Source: Balanoglossus misakiensis
Lineage: Eukaryota > Animalia > Hemichordata
Length of the DNA: 64,000 nt
Assembly (NCBI GenBank): GCA_040954595.2
Contig: CM082594.2
Location: 3,457,319-3,521,318, forward strand
Direction: 5' to 3'
Position numbers and translations under genes: made by a program. The notes under the pieces are model-generated. The model did not search any database. It saw only the letters and a program-made list of their open reading frames with translations, and was not told the DNA's origin. This document shows positions 12,201 through 23,500 of this stretch, piece by piece (position 1 is the first letter of the stretch; every line of letters begins with the position of its first letter).

Positions 12201-15200
12201 TGTCGGCCGGCGTGGTTACGACAGTTGTTGCGCCTTCGGTTGTTGGGGCAGCCGTCGTCACGTCCGTCGTTGGCGCTGCGGTGGTCGCTTCAGCGGTTGT
12301 GTCGGCCGGCGTGGTTACGACAGTTGTTGCGCCTTCGGTTGTTGGGGCAGCCGTCGTCACGTCCGTCGTTGGCGCTGCGGTGGTCGCTTCAGCGGTTGTG
12401 TCGGCCGGCGTGGTTACGACAGTTGTTGCGCCTTCGGTTGTTGGGGCAGCCGTCGTCACGTCCGTCGTTGGCGCTGCGGTGGTCGCTTCTGCGGTTGTGT
12501 CGGCCGGCGTGGTTACGACAGTTGTTGCGCCTTCGGTTGTTGGAGCAGCCGTCGTCACGTCCGTCGTTGGCCCTGCGGTGGTCGCTTCAGCGGTTGTGTC
12601 GGCCGGCGTGGTTACGACAGTTGTTGCGCCTTCGGTTGTTGGGGCAGCCGTCGTCACGTCCGTCGTTGGCGCTGCGGTGGTCGCTTCAGCGGTTGTGTCG
12701 GCCGGGGTCGTCACGACAGTTGTTGCGCCTTCGGTTGTTGGGGCAGCCGTCGTCACGTCCGTCGTAGGCGCTGCGGTGGTCGCTTCAGCGGTTGTGTCGG
12801 CCGGCGTGGTTACGACAGTTGTTGCGCCTTTGGTTGTTGGGGCAGCCGTCGTCACGTCCGTCGTTGGCGCTGAGGTGGTCGCTTCAGCGGTTGTGTCGGC
12901 CGGGGTTGTCACGACGGTTGTAGCGCCTTCAGTTGTTGGGGCAGCTGTCGTTACGTCTGTCGTCGGCGCTCCGGTGGTCGCCTCAGCGGTTGTGTCGGCC
13001 GGGGTTGTCACGATGGTTGTAGCGCCTTCAGTTGTTGGGGCAGCTGTCGTTACGTCCGTCGTCGGCGCTCCGGTGGTCGCCTCAGCGGTTGTGTCGGCCG
13101 GGGTTGTCACGACGGTTGTAGCGCCTTCAGTTGTTGGGGCAGCTGTCGTTACGTCTGTCGTCGGCGCTCCGGTGGTCGCCTCAGCGGTTGAGTCGGCCGG
13201 GGTTGTCACGACGGTTGTAGCGCCTTCAGTTGTTGGGGCAGCTGTCGTTACGTCCGTCGTCGGCGCTCCGGTGGTCGCCTCAGCGGTTGTGTCGGCCGGG
13301 GTTGTCACGACGGTTGTAGCGCCTTCAGTTGTTGGGGCAGCTGTCGTTACGTCTGTCGTCGGCGCTCCGGTGGTCGCCTCAGCGGTTGTGTCGGCCGGGG
13401 TTGTCACGACGGTTGTAGCGCCTTCAGTTGTTGGGGCAGCTGTCGTTACGTCTGTCGTCGGCGCTCCGGTGGTCGCCTCAGCGGCTGTGTCGGCCGGGGT
13501 TGTCTCGACATTTGTTGCGCCTTCAGTTGTTGGGGCAGCCGTCGAGGTTGTTACACCTTTCAAGGAGGACATATTTTGACATTTTGAAACTATGAATCGT
13601 CATTATTTTTCACACTGTGAGACTTTATGCAAGTATTCTATGTATTACTGCTATCAAAAAAGCAATGTAGTACTACTATGTGCTATGGACCAATTTTGAT
13701 TGATGTCTGTTTAACGCCCAAGTCAATGATGTACATAAATCTTATGATGAGCCATTACCGCCCATACGGCATGAAAGTTGCTGTGGAAACGCGTTTTTTC
13801 CGTTGTCATGTACTATTATGTGTAGCAAGTAAAGGCGATTTATTTTCACAATTACCCAAACCCCCAACGAGGCTACCTGATAGCCACCGAAAGTAGATAT
13901 GTGTCCAGGCAAAGGCAGTTAATAGCTTTCCGAGCCTTGTCGATTCGTTTGCCCGCGCGATAAGAACTCTGCCTTAGAGAGAGAGACGAAACGATGGCGC
14001 CGTGCATAAGAAACATTTGGCCAACTAATAAATCTTGTAATGTAAAAGTTGGAGCATGCGTGTCAGTGAGCCGCTTCCCGGCCTCCTTCTGTGGCCTGCT
14101 GTGCGAGCTATAACTTGGCTTGTAACCAGTGGGGCAATTAACCAAGTCTCACGAGATCTCGCAATGAGCGGGAATCATCTTTTGAAATTGAACAGGAAGC
14201 AGCATGAAACAAAAGGTACATCCTCTGTAAGTATTATTTCGGGGGGAAATCGTTTTAGTGATATACATTTATAGTCAATAGCTTAATTCCGATACATATA
14301 AAAATAACAAGAAAGTCAACAGATATACCCAGAAGTCAGTTCATCTTGGTGAATGCAATTTTGTCTCAGTGATTTTCCTAGTGTATGGTGCCAGACCAGT
14401 TTTTGAGGTCGATAGTCTTTAAGTCTGGTTAACTAAGAGCCGAGTCTAAGGCGGCGATTACTCACACACATCAAAACTCGTGGCTCTATATACAGATATA
14501 AGGCTTATGACGGTTCAAAGCATGACGGTGACCCAAGGCTGTCCTGGTCATGTGCAGCCGCATGATGAAAGAAAATAGACATGTTATTCTACTGAGTCTC
14601 AAACTAACCTTAAAATTATTACTGCAAGGTCCACACGTCACCTACTATTCAAAGTATATGTGCATAACCTGCCATGCTGAGATCATGGCCGACGGACGAC
14701 ATTTTACGAATGGACGCCAGCAGTTACGTCATGATTGCCATTGCAGCGCGTGCGCAAACCGATAATTATATACGCGACAGGGGGTGTTCCCCGTATTATT
14801 CAAAGGGGACCACCAGCACGGAAACTGAAATGCGAGTTGCTGTAAATTTAACATGGAAGTCGTATAAATTGCATATAATAAGGAAAACTTAATAATTTCA
14901 CTCAGTAAGCTTACCTGCTGCTGTCGTTGTACTGGTTTGGCAACATCCGAAACTGATGAGACATATTAGTATGCAAGAGCCACTGCAATGCTTGCGAAAT
15001 GTCCTTCCGAAAGAGAGTACAATCGCGAACAAAATACAGCAGACAAGTGGCAAGTGACATGTAGTGCCGTTCTGTCGTTTTTCGGTTCCAGGCACACCCT
15101 GCCTATACTCAACACTTCTCGTGTCGGCCACGTGTTGGTCACACCGAGTCCTCCCATTCCCGTTTCTGACCACACCGGTGGGTGTACACGCATCATCTCG

Positions 15201-16956
15201 TTTCCTGTGATGGTGGCTGGGGGCAAGTGTGGATTTCTCAATTTGTCCTTGGTGAACGCGTTCCTGGTAAGAAGCTCGAAAAATCCGAAAGTCTGAAAAG
15301 AGAACGAGAAATAGACGTATAAAACGAAGTCAAAATTGGTCCAGAAATCGTCATCATTGGATTTTAAAACAAATACCCGGTGGTAGAGGCTATTCCACCA
15401 GAATAGATCATAGATGTCGTATTACCATTTTCTTCGTTTACACTACCGACTCCATTGATTTTTTTGTGCTCAAGAGCGTGTCATGAAAATGCTTGACGGA
15501 ATGCAACCTTTCTGAAATAACCTCTAGATGGCGCCATATTTTTGTCGTACCGCGCCTTGCTTACTCCTTCCTTTCGCCGAGTCCGGATGAGTTACATCAA
15601 GTTTTTGCAATTCAAATTCAGCTATTCAGGATAAGAATTCACTTCACCATATTCCATTCCTTCCCTGCTTAAATCAAGTGTGTTTATTATTGTGACATAT
15701 TTTTATTCTAACATTAAGCTTATTTCTGCGACTTCGTTTCATCAAACTACACGATTGGTGCTATAATTAATCTTACTTACAGTATAAAACAACGAGCAGA
15801 TGTGTTATCGAAAACCATTCTAACGATGAACTCATTAGCTAGTCTATGTGGCCGAGAAGTTATCCAAACATACCATCGGCTGTATAAAAGTTTTGCCTCG
15901 ATTTCTCCGCCACTGACTTCTGACAGCATGAACTCCTTCAGGTCAACATTGCCGCGCGATCAGGGCATGGGTAAGTAAATACAGCGACGTATTAATTGGG
16001 ATGGAGACGTTTAGTTTTGACCGCTGACCTTGTGAAAACGTCGCAGGCGTTCATATAAAATACCCCGAAGTCAAACTACATCAGGACCGAGGTACATTTT
16101 GTGTGTGTTCTTTTAGTTAATAAAGTTTGTATTTAAAAAGCTGGTAAAGAAACATGGAGTAAAAAATCTAGATTAACGTTAATAGTTTGTTTTGAATTTG
16201 GTGACAGATGATAGTCAGGGAATTTTACATAAAATAGAAGTTTCAACAAGTTTCATTTTGTTCAGTGTAAATATATTATGTCCACGAGCGACATCAACGG
16301 TGTTAACCCTGCAATCATGACAATATACCCTCGTTTATTACTGGATAGCGGTGATAATAGATCGACAACTAAGTGCCACTCAAATAACCATGTTGAGATT
16401 GGATGGTCATTATTCCTGAACAGGAAATGACAACTTAAAAACGTGGCACACCTTATTCAAAATGCCTCGCATTCGCCATATTTCGTTTCAAAAGTCAAAG
16501 GGCCACGTTGCCATACAGTCAGCCTCTCTCGTTTTCGAAATCAATCAAACCAATTCTTTGACAAACACCAGACTCAAAATATGAGAAGATATTATTTTCT
16601 ATGCATTTTTATGCGTTATACACTATGTTGTTCTGTGTACTTTCAGATGGGTACTTTTTGATGGGAGCTTTCCTAAAGATTATTGTCGACTGCAAGGTGT
16701 CTGATGTCGTTGGTGATGATACCTCGAGTACTTTCGCAATGAAACTGTGACGATTTCGATTTCGCCAATACATGTACTAGTATCAGGTGAATTTGTTTTT
16801 CAAAACAACTCACTTTACCACATGTTTTGGTAATGATCGAAAAGTGAAAAAGTGTTCCAGTGATATTGCCATATATCTAATACGCGGCTTTGCCAACAAA
16901 TGGTTGGAGAATACGAGTCACCCAGGCCTGGTTTTCTGTGTGTCTGTGTGTCTGTG

Positions 16957-16987
<31 letters not shown>

Positions 16988-18414
16988 GTGCCCACATGTA
17001 TGTCTATCTCCATTTGAGTAATCCACAGAGAAAATCATAGGACGCGAACTGATATTTCTAAATAAAATGTCGTAGCACTTTCATTACAGTGTTTGCTCAG
17101 AGACGATCCCTCAAAAATTTCACACTACAGATGGAACAACATAGAAATATGATAATACTTCATGATCGAAAGATATTTCACTCGGTAAATTCCATGGAAG
17201 AAAAAAAACAAAGAAATGGTTTTACAAACTGCTACGCGTAATTGGTAGGGTTTCATTTTGTAAAAATTACTGATAGCAGTTACGTGTGTAATAAAACTCG
17301 ACTTTGGACTCTTTATGTCGGGCACACCCAGTTCTGTACAATTGCATGTTTCAGTGATAAGATATATAATAAGGAATTTTTGCAGTTGCTATGCCAACTT
17401 CTACACAATGCATTGTCTTTCGATGTCCAATGTCAGTTATTAGTAGCATCGTCACGAGACACTGAATACTGACAGTGGTAGGAATTATACCAGTACCATG
17501 TCTGTCTGTCTGTCTGTATGTCTGTCTCCATGTCTCTGTCTCTCTGTGTCCTTCACACGCTCTCTCTCTTAAGGTCTACTGCAAAACGGTGAATCTCAAA
17601 TCTTGTAAAATCGAAATTGTTAATCAGATGTAAGACCAGCAGTAATAGATCAGCTTTTTTGTCTTATACACTTACATGTGTAGGTATACTGGTGACCAGA
17701 CCAACATGTGTTTGCCTTTCAGCGGTATGTTGACCAAGACAGTACGTTTATTAAGTAAAACTGCACATACATACCAGGTTCAACCCAAATGCAATTCTTT
17801 CAATTAACGTTGTTGCAGTCAGTGTCGATTTTTTCAACACCGGCGTCAGTAGTTCAAATTGTTAGACGTTAAATTTACAATTAGTGTATAGAATGTTTCA
17901 TATTTCGTCAGCCTGCATTTACACACATTAAGTGCACCCTTGAAAGGTGCAATTGCCTGGGAAGAGTGGGACTCGGAAGCTATGCAGCAGATTAGCCCAC
18001 CGAACGACAGCTAGTCACACAGCGTGACATTGTGCTTTTTCAATTGTTTCTCAATAGGATCACCTGTTAACATGTGTGTGGGCTGGTCCAATATATCCGT
18101 AGCACGCCCAAACCAATTTAATAGAATATACAACAAGTCATTTCACAAGATGGCGAGATATTGATTCGTCTCCGCCGATGATGGCTATAATAAAAATAAA
18201 TTTAGAGCGGTAATTACACACCTGTCAAGCCCACGGACATAATGGGCGGCATTGTCTCACCCTCGAGTGGCGTCCATTCGGGCGTTGATGGTCGGAATTC
18301 TCTTACCGCGGCGTCTACGGACTGCGTCCATTCTCTGGCGTCGGTACTTAGTGCCTGGGTTCTCACAGATGCTAAAACCAGCACTGTGACTAGTAACAAG
18401 GGGGTGTTGTACAT
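230..18414 (-). CDS. Giant mucin: signal peptide, Cys-rich N-terminal module, ~3,950-aa Thr/Ala/Pro tandem repeat, EGF + 2 calcium-binding EGF; 3' end lies outside the window
   Basis: Six exons joined by phase-1 GT-AG introns: 18414-18222 (MYNTPLLLVTVLVLASVRTQA signal peptide), 15292-14915, 13556-1698 (repeat), 1331-1122 (Thr-rich, ends IPCRN), 830-723 (CDPECQNGGECEQCGVGTPYCNCPPEWEGELC), 466-230 ([29 protein letters not shown]...[29 protein letters not shown]). About 4,330 aa lie within the window. The last donor GTAAG is at 229. Confidence 0.88.
677..718. repeat. (AAC)n microsatellite in mucin intron
   Basis: Imperfect aac run directly after the EGF exon donor. Confidence 0.85.
1698..13556 (-). 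CDS. Giant internal mucin-repeat exon (11,859 bp, 3,953 codons)
   Basis: Acceptor ...cctccttgaaAG at 13558-13557 and donor GTAAGTG at 1697. The length is divisible by 3 and the exon is phase 1-1, matching its neighbours. It lies within the 4002-aa minus-strand ORF. Confidence 0.92.
1720..13545. repeat. Coding minisatellite, 99-bp unit x ~120 (TTAAPTTEGATTVVTTPADTTAEATTA[A/G]PTTDV)
   Basis: The anchor ttgttgcgcc occurs at 1731, 1830 ... 13512. 13512-1731 = 11,781 = exactly 119 x 99, so there are no net indels. The unit is about 66% GC. Confidence 0.98.
15521..15534 (+). promoter_or_regulatory. CTCF-like motif in mucin intron 1
   Basis: CCTCTAGATGGCGC matches the CTCF core CCWCYAGRKGGCRS. Motif match only. 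Confidence 0.35.
16936..16990. repeat. (TG/TCTG)n microsatellite
   Basis: tgtgtc/tgtc runs; a related run occurs at ~17500-17550. Confidence 0.85.
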
Positions 18415-19216
18415 GATGTTCTACCAGTCCAGCCAGCGAGAAAATCAATAAAAAATCCTATGTGGGTGGTTGAACTGACGCAGAGTCGTACATCTCCCGA
18501 TGCTCTGTAGTGTAACACAGGAAAATATGTTGCCAATGCAAGCAATCGCCGACTTTTTACGTTGGTTACCACTTTCTCTATCGAAGTTCAACGCGAGGAA
18601 GGTGACATCCGGCGTAGTGGGTAACGCAGACTAAATTTTACGCAGAAAGGGCGCAAAGAACTTTGGGGCATATAAATTTCTATTAGGTATGATCTCGCCG
18701 CCTAGTAACGCGTGACCTGTCAAATAACCGAGTTCTTTTGACCCTTTCCTACGACCCCCCCTCGTGACAACACAGTTCCCATACATTCGCTCATTTCTTC
18801 CAACATCCGGGTATTGCCAGACCAGACAGCAATTCACCCAGTTTTGGAGTTTTTGTAGCAGCTACATTTGCATCCATCCCAAGTGGAGCTTCCAGGAATT
18901 AGGCGTGGTAGTTTCATATGGATCCCATGGTAAGTAGTGGCGAATGCGTGTACACACTTTTGGTAGGCATATTAAGCTTAACACGAGTTCAATATCACCC
19001 CCATCTCCAAACTCCTAAAAGGGCACTTCTGCTTTAATTCAACGCCTGTTTCCTGGTCGCATCGATTTTTTTTCCGTCTGACAACTTTGTGCCAATATTC
19101 CGTAATCTCTCACTTTTTCTATCTTGATTTCCGGTACGCTGGATCGGACCGGACTGCCGTGACTTGCACTTCAGGTTGAAACACGTGTACAGTACAGCCG
19201 GCAATGTCAAAATCCG

Positions 19217-19234
19217 CCCCCCCCCCCCCCCCCC
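19217..19234. repeat. C18 homopolymer (G-tract on the minus strand) ~800 bp upstream of the mucin ATG
   Basis: Direct read of 18 C. Confidence 0.85.
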
Positions 19235-20241
19235 AATTAAACTTTTGCCAAGTAAATCGGTCTGGAGTGCTTTACATTCACAAATCTGATAAAAAGTATG
19301 TTACATTGGTCCCTGTCAGTGCCATGATATGAACTCTACAGAATCGCAGTTGACTGTGGAACTGAGTGAGTACATGCCCCGGGTACATGCACACTAAATC
19401 GCGTGTGTTGTATTGACATGTATGTTTTTATATGATGGAGCTCCTTCAGATCTGTATCGTCAACACCTAGGCAACACGTCCTATTACTCAATTACTCACT
19501 CCGACAGCAAATTATTCGGATTGCAAATTTCTATTTTCAAGTTGAATCAAAAGACTAGACTCAAATCCATTGTTGGCCACACCGACATAGAATGTCAACG
19601 TCATAATCGTGGTTTACGTTTCAACATTTGGTTGGATACAGCTTGAAAATCTCTTAAATATTTTATAATTTCCTCCCGGTGGTTTTTGATTGACAATCAT
19701 GTATTAAACTTAACGCTAGCTCACCATGTGCAAAGTTTTCACGTTAGTATGTCAAATTGTCTCAAATTTGAAATTCAAAAATGGCTACCAATATCTGTGT
19801 GTTAATTAAACCCTATGGACAAAATGAATGTGAAGCCCTTCCAACTTGGGTAATTGCCATTCTCCAATGCGTGAGTGGTGCGTTTTGAAATTACAGTAAT
19901 CGTACCGTGGACAGGAATTTCGGGTCATTTTTTTCGAGTACCAGTATCGTACACGTGCAGTCAAACAGCAAGGCGAGACTGCTCGCGAAACGACACGTTG
20001 TAAATTTCGACCCTGTCCAAATAAAACGATAAAATTTACCTGGTCTGTACGTGCGAACGATTAAGTCTGATAAATGGTGGTCTTTGTAAAGGTTTCGGCT
20101 GGCATGAGATTTGTGTGTGGACTTTGTATATTCATGTCACTTTACCAAATCGCGCCTATTGACACAACTTTTATTGGTATGAATTATTGTGGGTCAACAT
20201 AAGATAAAATGTATTCAAAAATTATACGAAATGGCGTGTGA

Positions 20242-20596
20242 TTAAAGGGACAAAGTCTCTCTCTCGCTGGCCTTTTTCCATTCATTATGCTTGATACAAG
20301 ACGCCGTTTATGTTATTCTACATGTGGATATATGGTGAATCAACATTCGACCACACACAACTTCAATCTCGTTTGTAGGATATGAGAGTAAAAACTCGCC
20401 CAAAATGAATAAATGGTAAAGAACGATTATTCATTTTGGCGAGTTTTTTCACTCTCCTGTCTATAAGAGGGATGGAAGTTGTGTGTGGTTGAATGTTCAT
20501 TCACTATATATCCACATGTAGAATAACAAACGTTGTCTCTTATCAAATATAATTAATGGAAAAAAGGGCAGCGAGAGAGAGACTTTGTCCCTTTAA
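20242..20596. mobile_element. Fold-back MITE with TTAA target duplication (Kolobok/T2-MITE-like)
   Basis: TTAA|AGGGACAAAGTCTCTCTCTCGCTG ... CAGCGAGAGAGAGACTTTGTCCCT|TTAA. The arms are imperfectly complementary along almost the whole length. A second copy lies at 42749-42997. Confidence 0.85.
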
Positions 20597-23500
20597 TCAG
20601 CAAAGTGCATGTCACCATATTGACGCAATGACCGCGTGAGTCTATACATTGTGCTATTAAAATTAGCCAGTTTAAAAACCGTCACTCATCAACAAGTAAA
20701 GCAGCATGACAGTCAGTACTTCTGAATTTGAACAGACCACAGCACAGAGGTGCAAATGTTACAAAACTGAACGTGAAATTTTCAAGTGGGACAGAAAATG
20801 GCGGCACTTTTGAATCCTGGTCGGCGGTGACACGAATTGTCGTCCTTGCACTAAAAGCACACAAACCCCTGCCGAGACTGCAAACACTCGAAACACTCAC
20901 GAGGCTGTTTCTTTGCGCTCCTTGGATGCGAAACTTAAATAAATCATTCTTTGGGGTTAGCCAGGGCTGGTGTACATACGAATCGCGTCAATGAAGTGCT
21001 TGGGTCAACACAACCACAATGTAAGCGTACTTATCTGCCGGGATACTATAAGAAATGACTTGTAAGGAGTGTTTTTAGTGTTTTTGAGGAGTATTTCGGT
21101 TAAAATGCCAATTTCTAGTAGTGCTTGGGGCTGGTAATAGTTGAGACCATTCAACGTTGTCTTACTGACAAAAACTCTGACAACTGCCAGTATGTGCTAC
21201 CATAGGGAGCTACCTTATTTTACCAGGACTTTGAGCAAATACCGTTCTATGGCTTGAAGGGATTCAGTAGTATTGAACAAAATTCCAGATTTCCGATGAA
21301 ATCACCTATCAATAGGCAAGATTCCAACAAAGATAGCTACAATATACTAGTATTTTAAAAGCTTTCCAGGTTTTCTTTTCAACGAGTACCAGAGAAATGT
21401 TTAACAAAGTTCCAAAATATGGCATCGATTTACAGTTCAAGACAAACACATAGCAAATTTTGATTATTTACAACTTAGTAACCAACACGGTTGCGTATGT
21501 ATATTCCCTAAGATAAACATACCAATGGGACCTAAAAAAAGTTTTCAAGATAAGGGCCGTCGATTACATGAAACAACATATATAAATACATTGCGTCAAT
21601 TAAATAAATGAAACAAACCATTTTTCCCAGCAATATGACACACATTTATTGTCATAAATTAAATTTTATCCATAAATGTTATCTTGATTGGACTCTATCA
21701 CATAACAAATTGTTGAACATCGTTACTTACTTTCAGTAACTGATGTTATCAAAGCAATTGAATTAATCTCGGAGGGATTTGGTAAAAATCCTTGTACATA
21801 TTACACAATACATGTATATTCAATGATACATATTTTTAAGCAAATCAAAATGTTCATATGCCCTAACTAGTGGGTACTTGTACTTTTCATAACCTGCTTG
21901 CAAATCAGGTAGTGGTTTCATTAGTGTTAAAATATGCCAAATTATGAAACAGTGCCGGGAAATACAAGTGCCATTATTACTGTTCAATAATTTCACACAG
22001 GAACCTTACAGTACACCATCAACCACCACCTGATAATCAAATTGTCGAGTTAACTAAGCTGGTAAGCTGTTATTATACAGACAAAAAAATACTGCGCCAC
22101 ACAACTCAAGACAAACACAAAAAATACAAATTAATTTCATATAAGACTTACATGGACGCAATCTTAGCAACAATTAAACTATGGTAGAAAAAATTACAGT
22201 AATCTGAAAATAAAAGATATACCCCTGTACATTTTTCATGAGGTAAGATATTTTCTAATTTTTTTGTAAGGATTTATATCTTTAAGGGTGAAGAAAATAC
22301 AGCTTGTGGCAAGGTCAAATGCAACAGCCCAAAGACCTAAAATGGAATATGCATTCGAGAATAGTGAACATATTTTGAGCACTACAAAAATGAGCAAGGA
22401 AATGTTTGTTGGTAAGTCTGAAAGTAAACACCATGTCAATGTGCTTTATCTGTGAATACTGATGCTGATAGGTGCCATATCAGAGTGACCAGCTAAACTA
22501 TTACCTTTGATTTATAACATAATCATGCGCACTGTAAACCCAAGTCAGACATTTCTGTATTGAGCAAAATTTGCATGCAGTGAGTGCGAAAAGCGATGCT
22601 TGCGAACAGACTAGTGTTAAAGTTGCCGCAAATTCGCGGCTGTGAATTTGCTTGCAAAATCTGCAACATGTGTTTTTTGCAGCAATTCGCGAGACAGCCA
22701 CTTCTACCTGAACACATTATTGATCACATCCTGATAAATGGGAGCATGACGTGAATTCATAGCCCACTCGTCGAGTTGCGCTACCTTAAGAATCATCAGC
22801 AAATTGAGTATCTTTGTGGCTGTGTGTCCACGTCGATATCTACATTTGCCTATCAGGAATAGTATCACATATTACTGAAAACCCTAAACCTACAGGCCAT
22901 TCTGAAAAGGTACAACAGTTGTGGGTGATTCAATAGTTATATATCTTCCACGCTGTAGCCCACTTGAAGACTTTGAGTAAACATGGCTGCCAGCAGAATT
23001 TGGTCATTTATTGCTTTATTGTACATATCAAAACCTAGGTCACATTTTACTTTGAAAAAGTGACACTTAACCGTGTTTTAAACAAACATGGAGATTTTCC
23101 TGGTATTTTCTTGTCAACGGCAACTCAAAGTCAACCTAGTGCTTGAACAAGAGTGGTATTTGACAAACATGAGATTGTGTATTTTTGTTTGACCATAAAT
23201 AAGACAAAGCTTTCAATTAGACTTAACCATCTTTGACAAGTTTTAGTTTACTATTTGTCTATGGCGAGACTTGCAGACTTACTCGCCAATGATGTGATAG
23301 CCCAGTGAACAGTTAAATATGGTGTTTCTTATGGTTCAAATTACACTTCTCGGTGATAAAATTACACAAGCCTAAATAACAGAACTGTAAACTTATGTAT
23401 ATACATTACAACTAAACATGATCTATCACCGTTGTACACTGCAGAAGTGAAGCTAGACAGAACTTGCCGCTTGTTAGACACATCAGCAGGAGGGGCTTCA

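Noticed and set aside
1663-12873. Long Cys/Arg/Gly-rich and Leu/Arg-rich ORFs in the other + frames
   Set aside because: These are repeat by-products, broken by stops wherever point variants arise (for example 4598, 7733, 9012), so they are not under selection.
1720-13545. CRISPR-like or centromeric satellite interpretation of the array
   Set aside because: There are no unique spacers or cas genes. The unit is a multiple of 3 inside a spliced eukaryotic exon.
1637-13579. 3,980-aa antisense Val/Ala/Ser/Gly ORF on the + strand
   Set aside because: It is the mirror of the mucin frame and shares its wobble positions. The 99-bp unit simply lacks stops. There are no linked + strand exons, whereas the minus frame has splice sites, a signal peptide and EGF exons.
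14340-14362. Short motif ttcatcttggtgaatgc recurring at ~38134 and partly at ~40911
   Set aside because: Probably fragments of a dispersed repeat; too short to define boundaries.
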